Positions 1 through 9,853 of a stretch of DNA of 64,000 bases are shown piece by piece. Position numbers and translations under genes: made by a program. The stretch covers positions 1 through 64,000 of the IMG/VR virus record IMGVR_UViG_3300016476_001169; one strand, given 5' to 3'. Each line of letters begins with the position of its first letter. The first letter of the stretch is position 1. The DNA is from a virus. The notes under the pieces were generated by a model. The model did not search any database and was not told where the DNA came from. It saw nothing but the letters and a program-made list of their open reading frames with translations.

Positions 1-350
1 TCTGTTTCAGATTCTTCTAACTTTTCCATAACAGCTACTCTTAACATAAAGTTTATTAATTGTAACCAGTTATGAACTTTTCTCAAATCATTGGAGGCCA
101 ATTTTGGCATCCCACCATAAGTATTATACTTTCCAATCATTTCATTGAGCTTATGGCTCTTTGAATTATCCTCATAGTCTGCCGAACATCTAATAATTGC
201 TATTAAATTATTTCTGCCATAACCATATTTAGGATGGTTGATTGCAGTGAATACAGGAGGAAGCTTTAATAGTTTTTTATTTTTTGGCGACTTTCTAGAT
301 AATTTTATTATTATATCAGCCAAAGCCTCAGCTTCACTGTGTAAATTCAT
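1..350 (-). CDS. hypothetical protein, partial (runs off the window start)
   Basis: Not in the ORF track. Read manually from ATG at 348-350 (MNLHSEAEALADIIIKLSRKSPKNKK...), open to position 1, immediately after the TAA of the upstream ORF. Confidence 0.75.
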   Translation of the reverse strand, partial: MNLHSEAEALADIIIKLSRKSPKNKKLLKLPPVFTAINHPKYGYGRNNLIAIIRCSADYEDNSKSHKLNEMIGKYNTYGGMPKLASNDLRKVHNWLQLINFMLRVAVMEKLEESET

Positions 351-353
351 TCC

Positions 354-872
354 TTAGCCTTGCTTGAATCTCCCTGAACGAGATGATGCTTCAGCAACTC
401 TTCCTTCTTCTTTGTTGGCCTTGATAGAATGGAATTTTTCAAGTGCTGCGCTATAATCAAATCTAGGAGATTCACGATTGATTTTTTGATCATTTTGAGA
501 CTTTAGCCAATGATCTCTAAGAGCAATCCTACCAGCCTCTGTTATCTTAACTGCACGACCGCTGCCAACAATCAAACCTTCGGTCTTTAAGCCTAACAAA
601 TCATAGTCATTGATGTTGCCAGGAACACTGAAAATTTCACTGTTCTCAGCAGTTCTATTTAAATGTGAACTAGCTGTAGACAACATTTCGTCTTTTGCCT
701 TATAAATTTTCTCAAGCATGCCGATAGTTTGAGAAGAATAAGTCTTCTTAGCAGCTGTTCTTGGCCCCAATAATAATTGTTGAGTTTCAGACAAACCATC
801 GACTGAAACATTGCCATTAAACATACCATCGAAATCTTCTTGCTTGTGAATTGGAACAATTGGATTTGGCAT
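354..872 (-). CDS. hypothetical protein (possible C-terminal winged-helix)
   Basis: 172 aa ORF with AGGAG SD. The segment LKTEGLIVGSGRAVKITEAGR resembles a wHTH wing. Confidence 0.7.
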   Translation of the reverse strand: MPNPIVPIHKQEDFDGMFNGNVSVDGLSETQQLLLGPRTAAKKTYSSQTIGMLEKIYKAKDEMLSTASSHLNRTAENSEIFSVPGNINDYDLLGLKTEGLIVGSGRAVKITEAGRIALRDHWLKSQNDQKINRESPRFDYSAALEKFHSIKANKEEGRVAEASSRSGRFKQG

Positions 873-913
873 TTCAAAACTCCTAATCTTTTGGCTTTCT
901 AAGCCTACTTAAT

Positions 914-940
914 TGTTATTCGTAATTATACAGATGTCCT
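914..940 (-). promoter_or_regulatory. putative phage late promoter (AGG-N19-TAACA)
   Basis: Minus strand atAGGacatctgtataattacgaaTAACAat; member of the recurrent motif. Confidence 0.55.
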
Positions 941-980
941 ATTTTTTGAAAAATAATTCATTTTATTTTTTCAAAAAAAT

Positions 981-1008
981 AAGGGGGCTTTTCGGCCCCC
1001 TCTTTTTT
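981..1008. terminator. rho-independent terminator
   Basis: AGGGGGC/GCCCCCT stem with A/T tracts, directly after the stop of 1007..3289. Confidence 0.75.
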
Positions 1009-3289
1009 ACTTAACTACGATTTTGAATCTTCTTACTTTGTGAGGATGTTTGTGAGTAGTTTTGTGTGCAAAGAACTCAGTCAAATCATCATCATCGTCA
1101 TCCATTGGACTTGTATAGTTTCTGAATGTAGAAGTTTTGACCTCTTGGTCATCTTGAACTCCAAGCTGGGTTCCTTGTGGTTGGGTTGCCTCTGGAGCCG
1201 GAGCAGCTTTTTGTCTACCGCGCATGGTAACGTTAGCAGGCTGAAGACCGTGTGCTGCAGCATCAGTTTCTTTCCACCATGGTAAATTTTTTGGACCTTC
1301 ATAGCCTGAAGATTGGATTAAGAAGTTTAAATAAGCTCTTAATTGGCTCTTGAATGAAGCAGGATCAAAATTGTGTTGAACACCCTTTGTACCTAACCAG
1401 CCAGTGCCTTGACCAAAGTGTGATTCTTCAGATACAATCTTATCAAGAGCTGACTCTATTCTTGGATCGTCCATGGACAATTCGCCAAATGACTTAAGGC
1501 CTAAATCAGAAAGCATCTTTGTGAATTCACCATTGATTCTAACCTTATCAAAATCAATGAATGTCTGTTGGTAAAGTCCACCACCTGCCTGGCCCTTAGG
1601 ACGGATGTACTGAGAGATTCTAGCAAGAACATCAGGATAATCTTTGTATTCTTCTTTCAAAGCTTCAAGCTTGGCATTGAATACATCATTGGCGTCTTTT
1701 TTGCCAGTTGCGTCAACCAAGGCTTGACCTTGGGATTCCCACATCTTGTTCAACTGCCATTCATGAACAATTTGAAGAAGATCTCTGTTGAATCTGGCCA
1801 TAGCTGGAACTCCAGCAGCAATCATAGCCTCATCGTCACCGCTAATAACAGCCTGCTCTTGTGCAGCAGTCTCAATACCCTCGCCGTAAGGAATACTGTC
1901 AACTCTCTTTCTGAGAAGTCTAGGAGTGCCTTGCTTAGCTTCGGCCATTTCAGAACCAGCAGGGTGCATAGCCATTGAACCATAGATGTGTGGCAACAAA
2001 TCTTGGAAGTGTTGATTACCACGCTCCATAAATTGGACGTATGCGTTAACGTCTGTATCTAATCTACGCTTTGGCTTGGGCGCTGCGCCTGGTGCAGCAG
2101 GTGCCTGGGCTGGAGCTTCTTCTGCTTGAGGTGCAGCTGGCGCTTTAAAGCCTGGAATGTTAAATGAATCTTGGACTTTTTCAAGAACATCTGTAAGAGC
2201 TGCTGAAATAGTATTTTTTGTCTGGCCTTCTGGTATTCTGTTAAGAATTGCAGTGCTGATTTTATTTAAGCCATCATTGATTCTTTCATCAGCTGAAATG
2301 TATTGTGACATTTCTTCGTCAGAAAGGAATCTTTTATCAAAAAGATTCTTCTTCAAATCTAAGTTAGCATCCACAGCATCTAAAGCTGGCAAAGCAGCTG
2401 ATAAATTCATTCTTACAATTAGTTTTCTGATAAAATCAGTTTTGGGGCCAATCTCTTCAATGACTTGCTCTTCCATGGAAGGGCCGCCTTCTTCAATGCC
2501 CTCGCCAACTGTGACATCGGCGGTATCTGCTTTACCACCCTTAAGGGTCTCTTCTGTGGAAACAGTGGCGCCTTCTTCTTTTTGAAGCTTGCTTGATTGT
2601 GTTCTTCCAATACCGCCAACAATAGCTCTGTTTAACAATTTGGCTACATCATCAATTGTAGAATCCATTCTAAGTGGAAGATCAACTAAATAGTCTACAA
2701 AACCAGCCTCATTACTAGCTTCACCACTGGAAGCGCCCATAAATGTTAAAATAGCATCGAGTGCAAGATCTCTGGCTTTTTCTGCATTAATTGTTCTACC
2801 AGCATTCTTAGCCTGGTTAATAATAGTACCTGTAATAGAAGGAATTAATTTTTGAATTAAAACATTTCTCAAATTGACAAGATCAGGTTTTGTAGAAGTT
2901 CCAAATTCAGCTCTCTTTGCTCTAAGGCTTTCTGCAAAATTTGTATCTTTATTCTCTCTTCTTTGCTCTTTTAATTCTTGGAATCTAGCACCTGGCTCTA
3001 ATCCAAAATCGCCACGATACTCTCTTTTAAGATTTTTGATAACGCGCATGATGTCGTCACCAACAGCTGCAAATCTCTCATTGAGAGACTCATCTGTTTC
3101 AGCTAAAATAATCTTTTCAAAAGCATTGAAAGTGAGTAAATCAGTTGCGCTTGCAAAACGCAATCTGTTTTCATTAGAGCGATTATGCTGAGCTAAGCGA
3201 TACTCAAAGCACATCGCGAAAAAATTATAATGCTCTTGCAAATCTTTTTTAAAGTGTGACATTTCAAACATTTCCTTTAAATTAATCAA
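1007..3289 (-). CDS. large hypothetical protein, probably virion-associated
   Basis: 760 aa, Ala/Gln/Glu-rich with AP-rich linkers, located in the head/packaging region. Confidence 0.7.
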   Translation of the reverse strand: MINLKEMFEMSHFKKDLQEHYNFFAMCFEYRLAQHNRSNENRLRFASATDLLTFNAFEKIILAETDESLNERFAAVGDDIMRVIKNLKREYRGDFGLEPGARFQELKEQRRENKDTNFAESLRAKRAEFGTSTKPDLVNLRNVLIQKLIPSITGTIINQAKNAGRTINAEKARDLALDAILTFMGASSGEASNEAGFVDYLVDLPLRMDSTIDDVAKLLNRAIVGGIGRTQSSKLQKEEGATVSTEETLKGGKADTADVTVGEGIEEGGPSMEEQVIEEIGPKTDFIRKLIVRMNLSAALPALDAVDANLDLKKNLFDKRFLSDEEMSQYISADERINDGLNKISTAILNRIPEGQTKNTISAALTDVLEKVQDSFNIPGFKAPAAPQAEEAPAQAPAAPGAAPKPKRRLDTDVNAYVQFMERGNQHFQDLLPHIYGSMAMHPAGSEMAEAKQGTPRLLRKRVDSIPYGEGIETAAQEQAVISGDDEAMIAAGVPAMARFNRDLLQIVHEWQLNKMWESQGQALVDATGKKDANDVFNAKLEALKEEYKDYPDVLARISQYIRPKGQAGGGLYQQTFIDFDKVRINGEFTKMLSDLGLKSFGELSMDDPRIESALDKIVSEESHFGQGTGWLGTKGVQHNFDPASFKSQLRAYLNFLIQSSGYEGPKNLPWWKETDAAAHGLQPANVTMRGRQKAAPAPEATQPQGTQLGVQDDQEVKTSTFRNYTSPMDDDDDDLTEFFAHKTTHKHPHKVRRFKIVVK

Positions 3290-3735
3290 TAAAAATTTGG
3301 TAACAAATTTTTGTACTTTTCACCAGAGGCGTTATTCTTGTCATGTTCTTCCATGCTCTTGCCCCAGCCCTGGCCTTGCTGTGTGCTTGATGCACCATCA
3401 TACCAAACATTTTTAATACCAGCAGCTGGGTTTGCTTCATCTGGATGAAGAGAATTTTCCATGTTGGCCTCTTCGTCTGGGTCAGTGTTGACAGCTAAAT
3501 CATCAGGGTCTTTATATCTTTGAAAGTTTTGACGATTTTCATCAGATATATCTAAATCGGGCCCCAGCATTGTCCAGGGGAAAACTCTATCTAAAACAGG
3601 TAAATTCATGTATGGAGATTGCCAGTTTGCAAGCCTTACAACTGTAGAAATTACAGCATCGGCCTCAGCTGTCATACCTTTATTCTCTAATACAGAGCTG
3701 ATTTTAGCTAACTTTAAAAGTTTCCCAGTATTCAT
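3286..3735 (-). CDS. hypothetical protein with N-terminal LxxxGxxxEADxV...RLA motif
   Basis: 149 aa; ATGA overlap with the downstream gene. Confidence 0.7.
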   Translation of the reverse strand: MNTGKLLKLAKISSVLENKGMTAEADAVISTVVRLANWQSPYMNLPVLDRVFPWTMLGPDLDISDENRQNFQRYKDPDDLAVNTDPDEEANMENSLHPDEANPAAGIKNVWYDGASSTQQGQGWGKSMEEHDKNNASGEKYKNLLPNFY

Positions 3736-3743
3736 ACTTATTA

Positions 3744-3770
3744 TCTTATAAAAAAATATTCAATTAACCT
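3744..3770 (-). promoter_or_regulatory. putative phage late promoter (AGG-N19-TAAGA)
   Basis: Minus strand atAGGttaattgaatatttttttaTAAGAt, ending about 9 nt before the ATG at 3735. Confidence 0.5.
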
Positions 3771-4863
3771 ATAATAATTTATCGGCCAAGGCTAAACTAC
3801 TAGCAACAACTTGGTGCATATCATAATAATTGTAAGTGGCGAGGCGGCCCCCAAAATTATAATTATTTAATTCTTGAGATTTCTCTCTGTAGATCTGTGC
3901 GATTTTCTTATTTTTATCATTGTTAATGGGATAGTATGGCTCATTGGCCCCATTATATTCTTGTGGATATTCTTTTGTGATTATAGTATTGTCACTTTTA
4001 GTCAATTCAAAATGTTTATGCTCAACAATGCGAGTGAAATCTACATCAATTGATGTGTAATTAATAATGGCGTTACCTTGATAATCACCTTTGTGAAACT
4101 CATTCTCAAATTTCAAAGAGCGATACTCTAATTGACCTTCATTATAATTGAAAAATTTATCAATGGGACCTGTGTAAATAATCTTATTTGAAATTCTTTC
4201 CAGGAGCTTTTGCTCTTGGAAGAAATCTATCCCTAATCTAACTTCAGATCTATTAAGCATTTTCTCAAAAATCTGAGTATAGCCACCAATTGGTATTCCC
4301 TCATAAACATGCTCATCGGGATAAAATCTATCATTGTAATATAATCTTATTGGAAGTCTACGAATTATAGAGCTTGGAAGATTAGAAGGGTCTCTGCCCC
4401 ATTGTTTTGTAGTATAGCCTTTTATGAATTTTTCATAAATTTCGGGGCCTACTTGAGAAAGAATCCATTCTTCAAGGTTAGAAGGATGATCAATCTTGAC
4501 TTTTACAGAATCTAATTTTGCTTGGGCTTCTTCTGGAGTTTTTACTCCCCATAACTGATAAAGTGTAAATAAATTTATGGGGAATGAATAAATTTCCCCA
4601 TTGTAATTAACTTTTGTTCTTAAGCTGAAATTATTAAATTCACAAAATTGGCACATGTAATCGTGAATACGTTTGTCAGTTGTGTGCCAAATGTGAGAAC
4701 CATAAGCGTGAACATTGATTCCATTTATGTTATCTGTGTAACAGTTGCCACCAATGTGTGTTCGTTTATCTATAACAAGAACTTTTTTACCAACGCTAGC
4801 AGCCCTTTGTGCAAAAACACTTCCAAACATACCCGCGCCTACGATTGTGTAATCGTATTTCAT
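3769..4863 (-). CDS. glf: UDP-galactopyranose mutase
   Basis: FAD-binding IVGAGMFG, plus HIGGNCY, HAYGSHIWHT, GYTTKQWG, EPYYPIN and GGRLATYNYYDMHQ motifs. Confidence 0.96.
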   Translation of the reverse strand: MKYDYTIVGAGMFGSVFAQRAASVGKKVLVIDKRTHIGGNCYTDNINGINVHAYGSHIWHTTDKRIHDYMCQFCEFNNFSLRTKVNYNGEIYSFPINLFTLYQLWGVKTPEEAQAKLDSVKVKIDHPSNLEEWILSQVGPEIYEKFIKGYTTKQWGRDPSNLPSSIIRRLPIRLYYNDRFYPDEHVYEGIPIGGYTQIFEKMLNRSEVRLGIDFFQEQKLLERISNKIIYTGPIDKFFNYNEGQLEYRSLKFENEFHKGDYQGNAIINYTSIDVDFTRIVEHKHFELTKSDNTIITKEYPQEYNGANEPYYPINNDKNKKIAQIYREKSQELNNYNFGGRLATYNYYDMHQVVASSLALADKLL

Positions 4864-5996
4864 TTTAAGCTATTTTTTGGCATAGGTGTAATTCCTATAC
4901 CAGCTGGGCCTAATGGGTATTTTTCAAATACACTTCTAGGTTCTTTATTTGTGTTTGTGTATTCAAACATGTTGGCGTCAGAAGGAGCTTTGACCTGTGG
5001 TAAATTATCAGGAGTCCTAACAACCATGAGAGCATCAAGCCCTTCTTCTAAAGATGTATCTTCAGGATCAAAGATAAACTTAGTTGAAGATGGTAAATTT
5101 TTAGCGGAGAAATCAGAGCCATAAGATGAATCTGGGTCTGGATTATCAAAAGAGTTTGTGCTCTTATTCAAATATTGACCTAAATCAAAATTCTTTGTAT
5201 CCAAATAGTCATCTAATTTTGCGTTGGAGTCTAGAGTGCCGCCATAATTTCCAGTAGTAGGCCAAAACTTTAACCAGTCTGGATTGTAGTCTGGCTCGGC
5301 AGAATCTGTATCACTAATTACATCTCCAAAAGGAGAAGTAAGACCGTGCTTTACTTTTGCAACAGTATGCCTTCTAGTAGGTGTTATTTGGTCAGGAGAG
5401 ACATCTTCTGTGATAGACTTAGGCTTAGACTTATCATATTTTCTTCTAGATGACAAAGATTCTTCTAAAGAAGTCATTTGTTCTTCGGAAGGGTGGAAAT
5501 TTTCATTGATGAATTCTACAGAATTTTCTTCAACCCTCTTGGCTGCGTCTTCGTAGAATTTTTCTCTTCTTCTAATCTCTTTTTTAATTTTTAATTTATG
5601 GCGTTCTTTAGGGCTCAAATCGTAAGGAATGCGATCTTCTTCACCATGGACATGGAATTGTTCTAATCTCTTTTCAACATTACGTTCTGGATCAATTGGG
5701 GCAGGTCTGTGAGTCCTTGAGATAATAGTGTCAATACTAGTTTCCATTCTAGTGTTAACACCTCTGCTTCTGGTAGAAGTGCCTTTAAATACAGGAGAAG
5801 CACCTGGCCCAGTCATAGTAGGCTTAGGAATGCTTCCACCAAACTGAGCTAACTTAACCATGGCCCCATTATTTAAATTGAATTGTGAGTGACACCTTGG
5901 GCAGCCAAATAAAACTTCATCATTAGAGGAAGCTTTCTTGACTAACTTAGTTGGATGCTTATCACCGCATTTTTCACAAAAATAATTTTGTTGCAT
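4860..5996 (-). CDS. hypothetical protein with N-terminal zinc ribbon
   Basis: CEKC...CPRC at the N-terminus; 378 aa. Confidence 0.7.
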   Translation of the reverse strand: MQQNYFCEKCGDKHPTKLVKKASSNDEVLFGCPRCHSQFNLNNGAMVKLAQFGGSIPKPTMTGPGASPVFKGTSTRSRGVNTRMETSIDTIISRTHRPAPIDPERNVEKRLEQFHVHGEEDRIPYDLSPKERHKLKIKKEIRRREKFYEDAAKRVEENSVEFINENFHPSEEQMTSLEESLSSRRKYDKSKPKSITEDVSPDQITPTRRHTVAKVKHGLTSPFGDVISDTDSAEPDYNPDWLKFWPTTGNYGGTLDSNAKLDDYLDTKNFDLGQYLNKSTNSFDNPDPDSSYGSDFSAKNLPSSTKFIFDPEDTSLEEGLDALMVVRTPDNLPQVKAPSDANMFEYTNTNKEPRSVFEKYPLGPAGIGITPMPKNSLK

Positions 5997-6027
5997 AGTG
6001 TTCTCTCACAAAATAAACTTATTTAAG

Positions 6028-6054
6028 TTTTAAACAACTTATACTTTATAACCT
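6028..6054 (-). promoter_or_regulatory. putative phage late promoter (AGG-N19-TAAAA)
   Basis: Minus strand aaAGGttataaagtataagttgttTAAAAc. Confidence 0.55.
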
Positions 6055-8160
6055 TTGTCTCCAAGGGTTAAAAGCTATACTTCTTGGCTTTGGCAATGTG
6101 TTGAAAACCCTATCTTTCATAGCCTGAAAAGCTGCTCCAGCTACACAGTCTGGGATATCATCTTTCTGACCTCTTGGCGCTTCAATCTTCCAACCATTAC
6201 CCTTGTATTTTCTTTGCAGATCTAAAAATTGCTCTCTGGCGTAAGTTACATCTTTAATCGCTTTGAAATTACCATTTGGTAATTCACAATTAATAGTATT
6301 TATTCCATAAAAATCAATTCTACCATTCACAAAAAGCTCATAAAGGTTTTGATAAATCTCTCTTTGGAATTGACCTGTAAATGCAGTCATTTGGCATGGT
6401 ATTCCATTGTGTTTCATTCTTGTGATAGAAGCTTGGCTGGACCAGTGTTGGTCATAAGTAACCTGAACTAAATGGAACCTTTGGGAAAGTCGCATAATAT
6501 ATTCATCAACTTCATCTTGGTTGATAGGCTGGTTAGGGCCGAGTGGTTCCCAATAATGTATGTGGTCAACTACAATTCTTTGCAGTTCTCTTCCGTCAGA
6601 GCCAAATTCTCCCATTGGCACAGCGTGAACAATAGCCAATGAATAATAGTCACTTGAGTGAGCGGGATCTAAGTGCATAAAGTATCTTTGTAGTGGTTCT
6701 CCATACTCAGATCTTTTTTCATCGGCTCTGTTTCTAAAGGCTCTAAGCACATCCTCTTCTGATAGGAATGTATCACCAGCTCCAGATGAAAATTGGGCCC
6801 CATAAAAGATATTGTATGTTTTTCTACTCTTTGTTTTTTCAGACTCAAGCCAGCTCTTAGAGATTGTTGGATTTGAAAGCCATGTTGGTAATTGGAACAT
6901 CAATGTCAATTGGTCATCAAATGCTGATTCATACAAATTAAAGAATTTGCCCTGTGGAGCAAGTGGGTTGGAAATACAAATCATTTTACCATCTGCACCA
7001 AAGGTAGCAAGAGCAGGCTTTAGCTTGTCATACAAAATTTCATCATGGTTGCCTTCTGGATTGTTGCCTGCCATTTCAGCCATCTCGTCAATTATAACAA
7101 CTGCTACTGTAAGACCAACAAGGGTACTTGAGTTAGAGTGTCCAGAAATAGCCTGTATTGTTCCTGTCAACAATGATGTATTGCCTTGGGCGATTCTTCT
7201 TTCGTTCTCTCTCTTATCGTGAGGTGTCAAAAAGTGAATTTCGCCCTGGATTTCTTTGCCAACATACTGTGAAAAGAAGGGGCTTTTAAAACAATAAGAT
7301 CGCATTTTATCAAAAATAGCGCCCTTGGCCTGTCTTTGTGAGTTAGCAATGTTAACAATAGAAATAGTATCAAACTCTGTAAGTGGGTATCTTGATTGAG
7401 GGTGGTCCATCATCAGGAAGCGATAAACTTCATAAAGAGCAATAACAGAAACCATAAAGGATTTTCCACTACGTCGCCCAAGTACTAAAATTAATTCTTG
7501 GAACTTATCGCCCCATTTTTCAATAATTTGCTGCCTAACTCTTTCACTAATTTCTTCTGAGTGCAGCATATCCCACTCTGTAGTGTAATTCTCAGTTACA
7601 GGTCGGCTTTGTAATTCTGTAACATTGTTTCTGCCCTTCTCATTCAGGGCAGAAGACATTTGAAACTCATAATAAAACTTACGATCTTCAGGCAAGTATC
7701 TATTACACTGTAAACAGGGTGAGTTTTCTGGCTTAATCGCGGGTTCTTCGGGCCTCAATTTTCTATTTGGGTTTTGCATCTGTCGCACAAAGGTAACTTC
7801 GCTATCTTTGTGATTTTTCCAAATACAACCATTACAACCAGATTCTGCTTTCTCTTTTTCTATCTGTAAATGTGTATTACCAGGTGTGCCAGAGTAAAAA
7901 GCCTTACAAATTAATTTTTGCCAAGGTGTAAGCTTTAAACCTAAGAAATAAGGATGCTCACAGAAAGTAACAATATCTACAACGCCATCTGGGTTAAGAT
8001 TGTTCTTTTCTGGCTCAGGGGGCGAAGAAATTAGTTCTCGATTATCTTTAACTTGTATCTCATCGTCTTCAGAAGCTGTTTCTTGCTCGAACTTAAAAAG
8101 CTCTTGCAGCATACGTTGCTTCTGCTGATTAGCATCTTTTAAATCACTAGGTTTGGCCAT
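6046..8160 (-). CDS. terL: terminase large subunit
   Basis: LTPWQ adenine motif, Walker A LGRRSGKS, Walker B VVIIDE, ISNP motif III, and RNase H-like HLDPA...YDQ...KDDIPDC. Confidence 0.9.
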   Translation of the reverse strand: MAKPSDLKDANQQKQRMLQELFKFEQETASEDDEIQVKDNRELISSPPEPEKNNLNPDGVVDIVTFCEHPYFLGLKLTPWQKLICKAFYSGTPGNTHLQIEKEKAESGCNGCIWKNHKDSEVTFVRQMQNPNRKLRPEEPAIKPENSPCLQCNRYLPEDRKFYYEFQMSSALNEKGRNNVTELQSRPVTENYTTEWDMLHSEEISERVRQQIIEKWGDKFQELILVLGRRSGKSFMVSVIALYEVYRFLMMDHPQSRYPLTEFDTISIVNIANSQRQAKGAIFDKMRSYCFKSPFFSQYVGKEIQGEIHFLTPHDKRENERRIAQGNTSLLTGTIQAISGHSNSSTLVGLTVAVVIIDEMAEMAGNNPEGNHDEILYDKLKPALATFGADGKMICISNPLAPQGKFFNLYESAFDDQLTLMFQLPTWLSNPTISKSWLESEKTKSRKTYNIFYGAQFSSGAGDTFLSEEDVLRAFRNRADEKRSEYGEPLQRYFMHLDPAHSSDYYSLAIVHAVPMGEFGSDGRELQRIVVDHIHYWEPLGPNQPINQDEVDEYIMRLSQRFHLVQVTYDQHWSSQASITRMKHNGIPCQMTAFTGQFQREIYQNLYELFVNGRIDFYGINTINCELPNGNFKAIKDVTYAREQFLDLQRKYKGNGWKIEAPRGQKDDIPDCVAGAAFQAMKDRVFNTLPKPRSIAFNPWRQRL

Positions 8161-8162
8161 CT

Positions 8163-8876
8163 TTATTTACCATCACTCATTAATTGTTCTCTAAGCTGCT
8201 TTACAACCGCCCTGACAACTTGCTTATCTTCTTCGTATAGCATTTTATCGTGAATGTCCATAAGAACCTTAAAAAAGTTAATATTTTGAAGAGAACCAGA
8301 ATTGTCTCTGTCTTTCTTGATCTGAGAAATTTGCTTTGTCAAAGCTGCCATCACAGAAGCTTTCTTCATTTTGGCATCAGTAGATTTGCAGGTCATACCC
8401 TTGAGCTCAAAAAGCTGATCTGTCAAAGCCATGAGGGCTAAATCGTCTTCACGAAATTTATAAATCGAAAGATCATCTTCTCTATGCTGATAGTATAGCA
8501 TACCGTCTTGTTGAATTTTGCTCAAATCACAATGGTGAGCCATGTGAGTGGAGATTGATTCCCAAGTAATTTTAGCCCCGAAATGTCTTTCGAAGAAGGT
8601 CTTTACACGATTAGCTTTCTGCCCCTGTGAGATGAATTCATGCTCAAGTCTTACTCGCCAAGGCGAATTACAAATAACACATTTGTGTTCTACATAAGAA
8701 TTTGGATAATGCAAATCAGGACAAGGATCTGGTGGCAAAGGGATAATAGGAACAGAATCTGCTGTTAAATCTCTAAAAGAAATTAATGTGACTTCTGTTA
8801 TAGGGACAAGATTCAAACCTGAATGCTCTTTAAGATCAACGGGTATAAGATCTACAGGTTCTTTTTTATCACTCAT
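8163..8876 (-). CDS. putative terminase small subunit (Zn-binding HTH plus helical region)
   Basis: Immediately upstream of terL; CVIC...H..HHC motif followed by a coiled-coil. Confidence 0.5.
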   Translation of the reverse strand: MSDKKEPVDLIPVDLKEHSGLNLVPITEVTLISFRDLTADSVPIIPLPPDPCPDLHYPNSYVEHKCVICNSPWRVRLEHEFISQGQKANRVKTFFERHFGAKITWESISTHMAHHCDLSKIQQDGMLYYQHREDDLSIYKFREDDLALMALTDQLFELKGMTCKSTDAKMKKASVMAALTKQISQIKKDRDNSGSLQNINFFKVLMDIHDKMLYEEDKQVVRAVVKQLREQLMSDGK

Positions 8877-8919
8877 TTAGGGTAAAAACTCCAGATAATT
8901 TTATAGTTATTGTACAGAT

Positions 8920-8949
8920 AAAAAAACCGCACATAATAGTGCGGTTTTT
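8920..8949. terminator. bidirectional terminator
   Basis: AAAAACCGCAC-loop-GTGCGGTTTTT. Confidence 0.8.
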
Positions 8950-8966
8950 CTTCGGTTAAAATAAAA

Positions 8967-9758
8967 CTATGAGCGAACAACAGTTCTTAAATCTTGGAAA
9001 GAAAAAGAATTCTTGGTCGTATTTGAATCTTGTACTTTTGCTTCTCTTACAGCCTTCAAAAGTCTCTGATGGGGAGAAACCTTATCAGCTGCCGCAACTA
9101 CATGCTCACACGCTAAACCAAAATCTGCATAATGTGAATTTGCAAACTTAGCACAGGTACAAGTACCAGATTCTAAGCAAACTTCACAAGAGGCGCCACG
9201 CTCATTGGTGGCTACATACTTTCCATTAACTGATGCGACTCTAATCTCATTCTTGGTTGATTTTGCCGCGCAGTGAGAAACGAAAATTGCTTCCTCGAAC
9301 CATTTCTTCAATCCGTCATGAAGCTGTGACATTGAGCTCTTATCACTAAGAGCATTGGAAGCCAATCTTAAATATGAATTAAATGCCTTGTCATTAACTG
9401 GCATGATAGGATTCTTGCTTCTAGCAAGCTTATTCATAAATTCTTTAGGGCCCAATTCATTCAACTGCGCTTCTACTAAATTTTTAATTTCGCTATACTT
9501 CGCAGGAATGACGTAGGATTCTCGAACTTGATTTGTTTCAACGGAAGCAGTTCTGCCATAAGCAGCATCTACAGCAGACTGAATCAAACTATAATTATTT
9601 ATATCATTAGCGCCGAGAATTTCAAGGGTTTCATCGGCTGTAAAGCCCTTGGATTTGTAAGAATCAACTTTTTCACTAATGATGATTCTTTTGCCGTTTT
9701 CTGATTGGGATAGGGCTTTCTTGCCCCAGTCTGTGAAGGATTTTTCTTGTTCAGACAC
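8967..9758 (-). CDS. SWIM zinc-finger protein
   Basis: CTC...ACEHVVAA SWIM pattern (CxC-xn-CxH); GTG start with AGGAG SD. Confidence 0.7.
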   Translation of the reverse strand: MSEQEKSFTDWGKKALSQSENGKRIIISEKVDSYKSKGFTADETLEILGANDINNYSLIQSAVDAAYGRTASVETNQVRESYVIPAKYSEIKNLVEAQLNELGPKEFMNKLARSKNPIMPVNDKAFNSYLRLASNALSDKSSMSQLHDGLKKWFEEAIFVSHCAAKSTKNEIRVASVNGKYVATNERGASCEVCLESGTCTCAKFANSHYADFGLACEHVVAAADKVSPHQRLLKAVREAKVQDSNTTKNSFSFQDLRTVVRS

Positions 9759-9853
9759 GATAATTAGCTCTCCTGGGTTTTATTCGCAATGGGGTTCAAG
9801 AAGTGCAAAATACTATATTGCACAATCTATTATAGTGTAGATTTATTAAGAAA

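Noticed and set aside
9800-9845. NrdR boxes (also sought upstream of nrdB)
   Set aside because: The palindromes do not fit the 16-bp NrdR consensus spacing.
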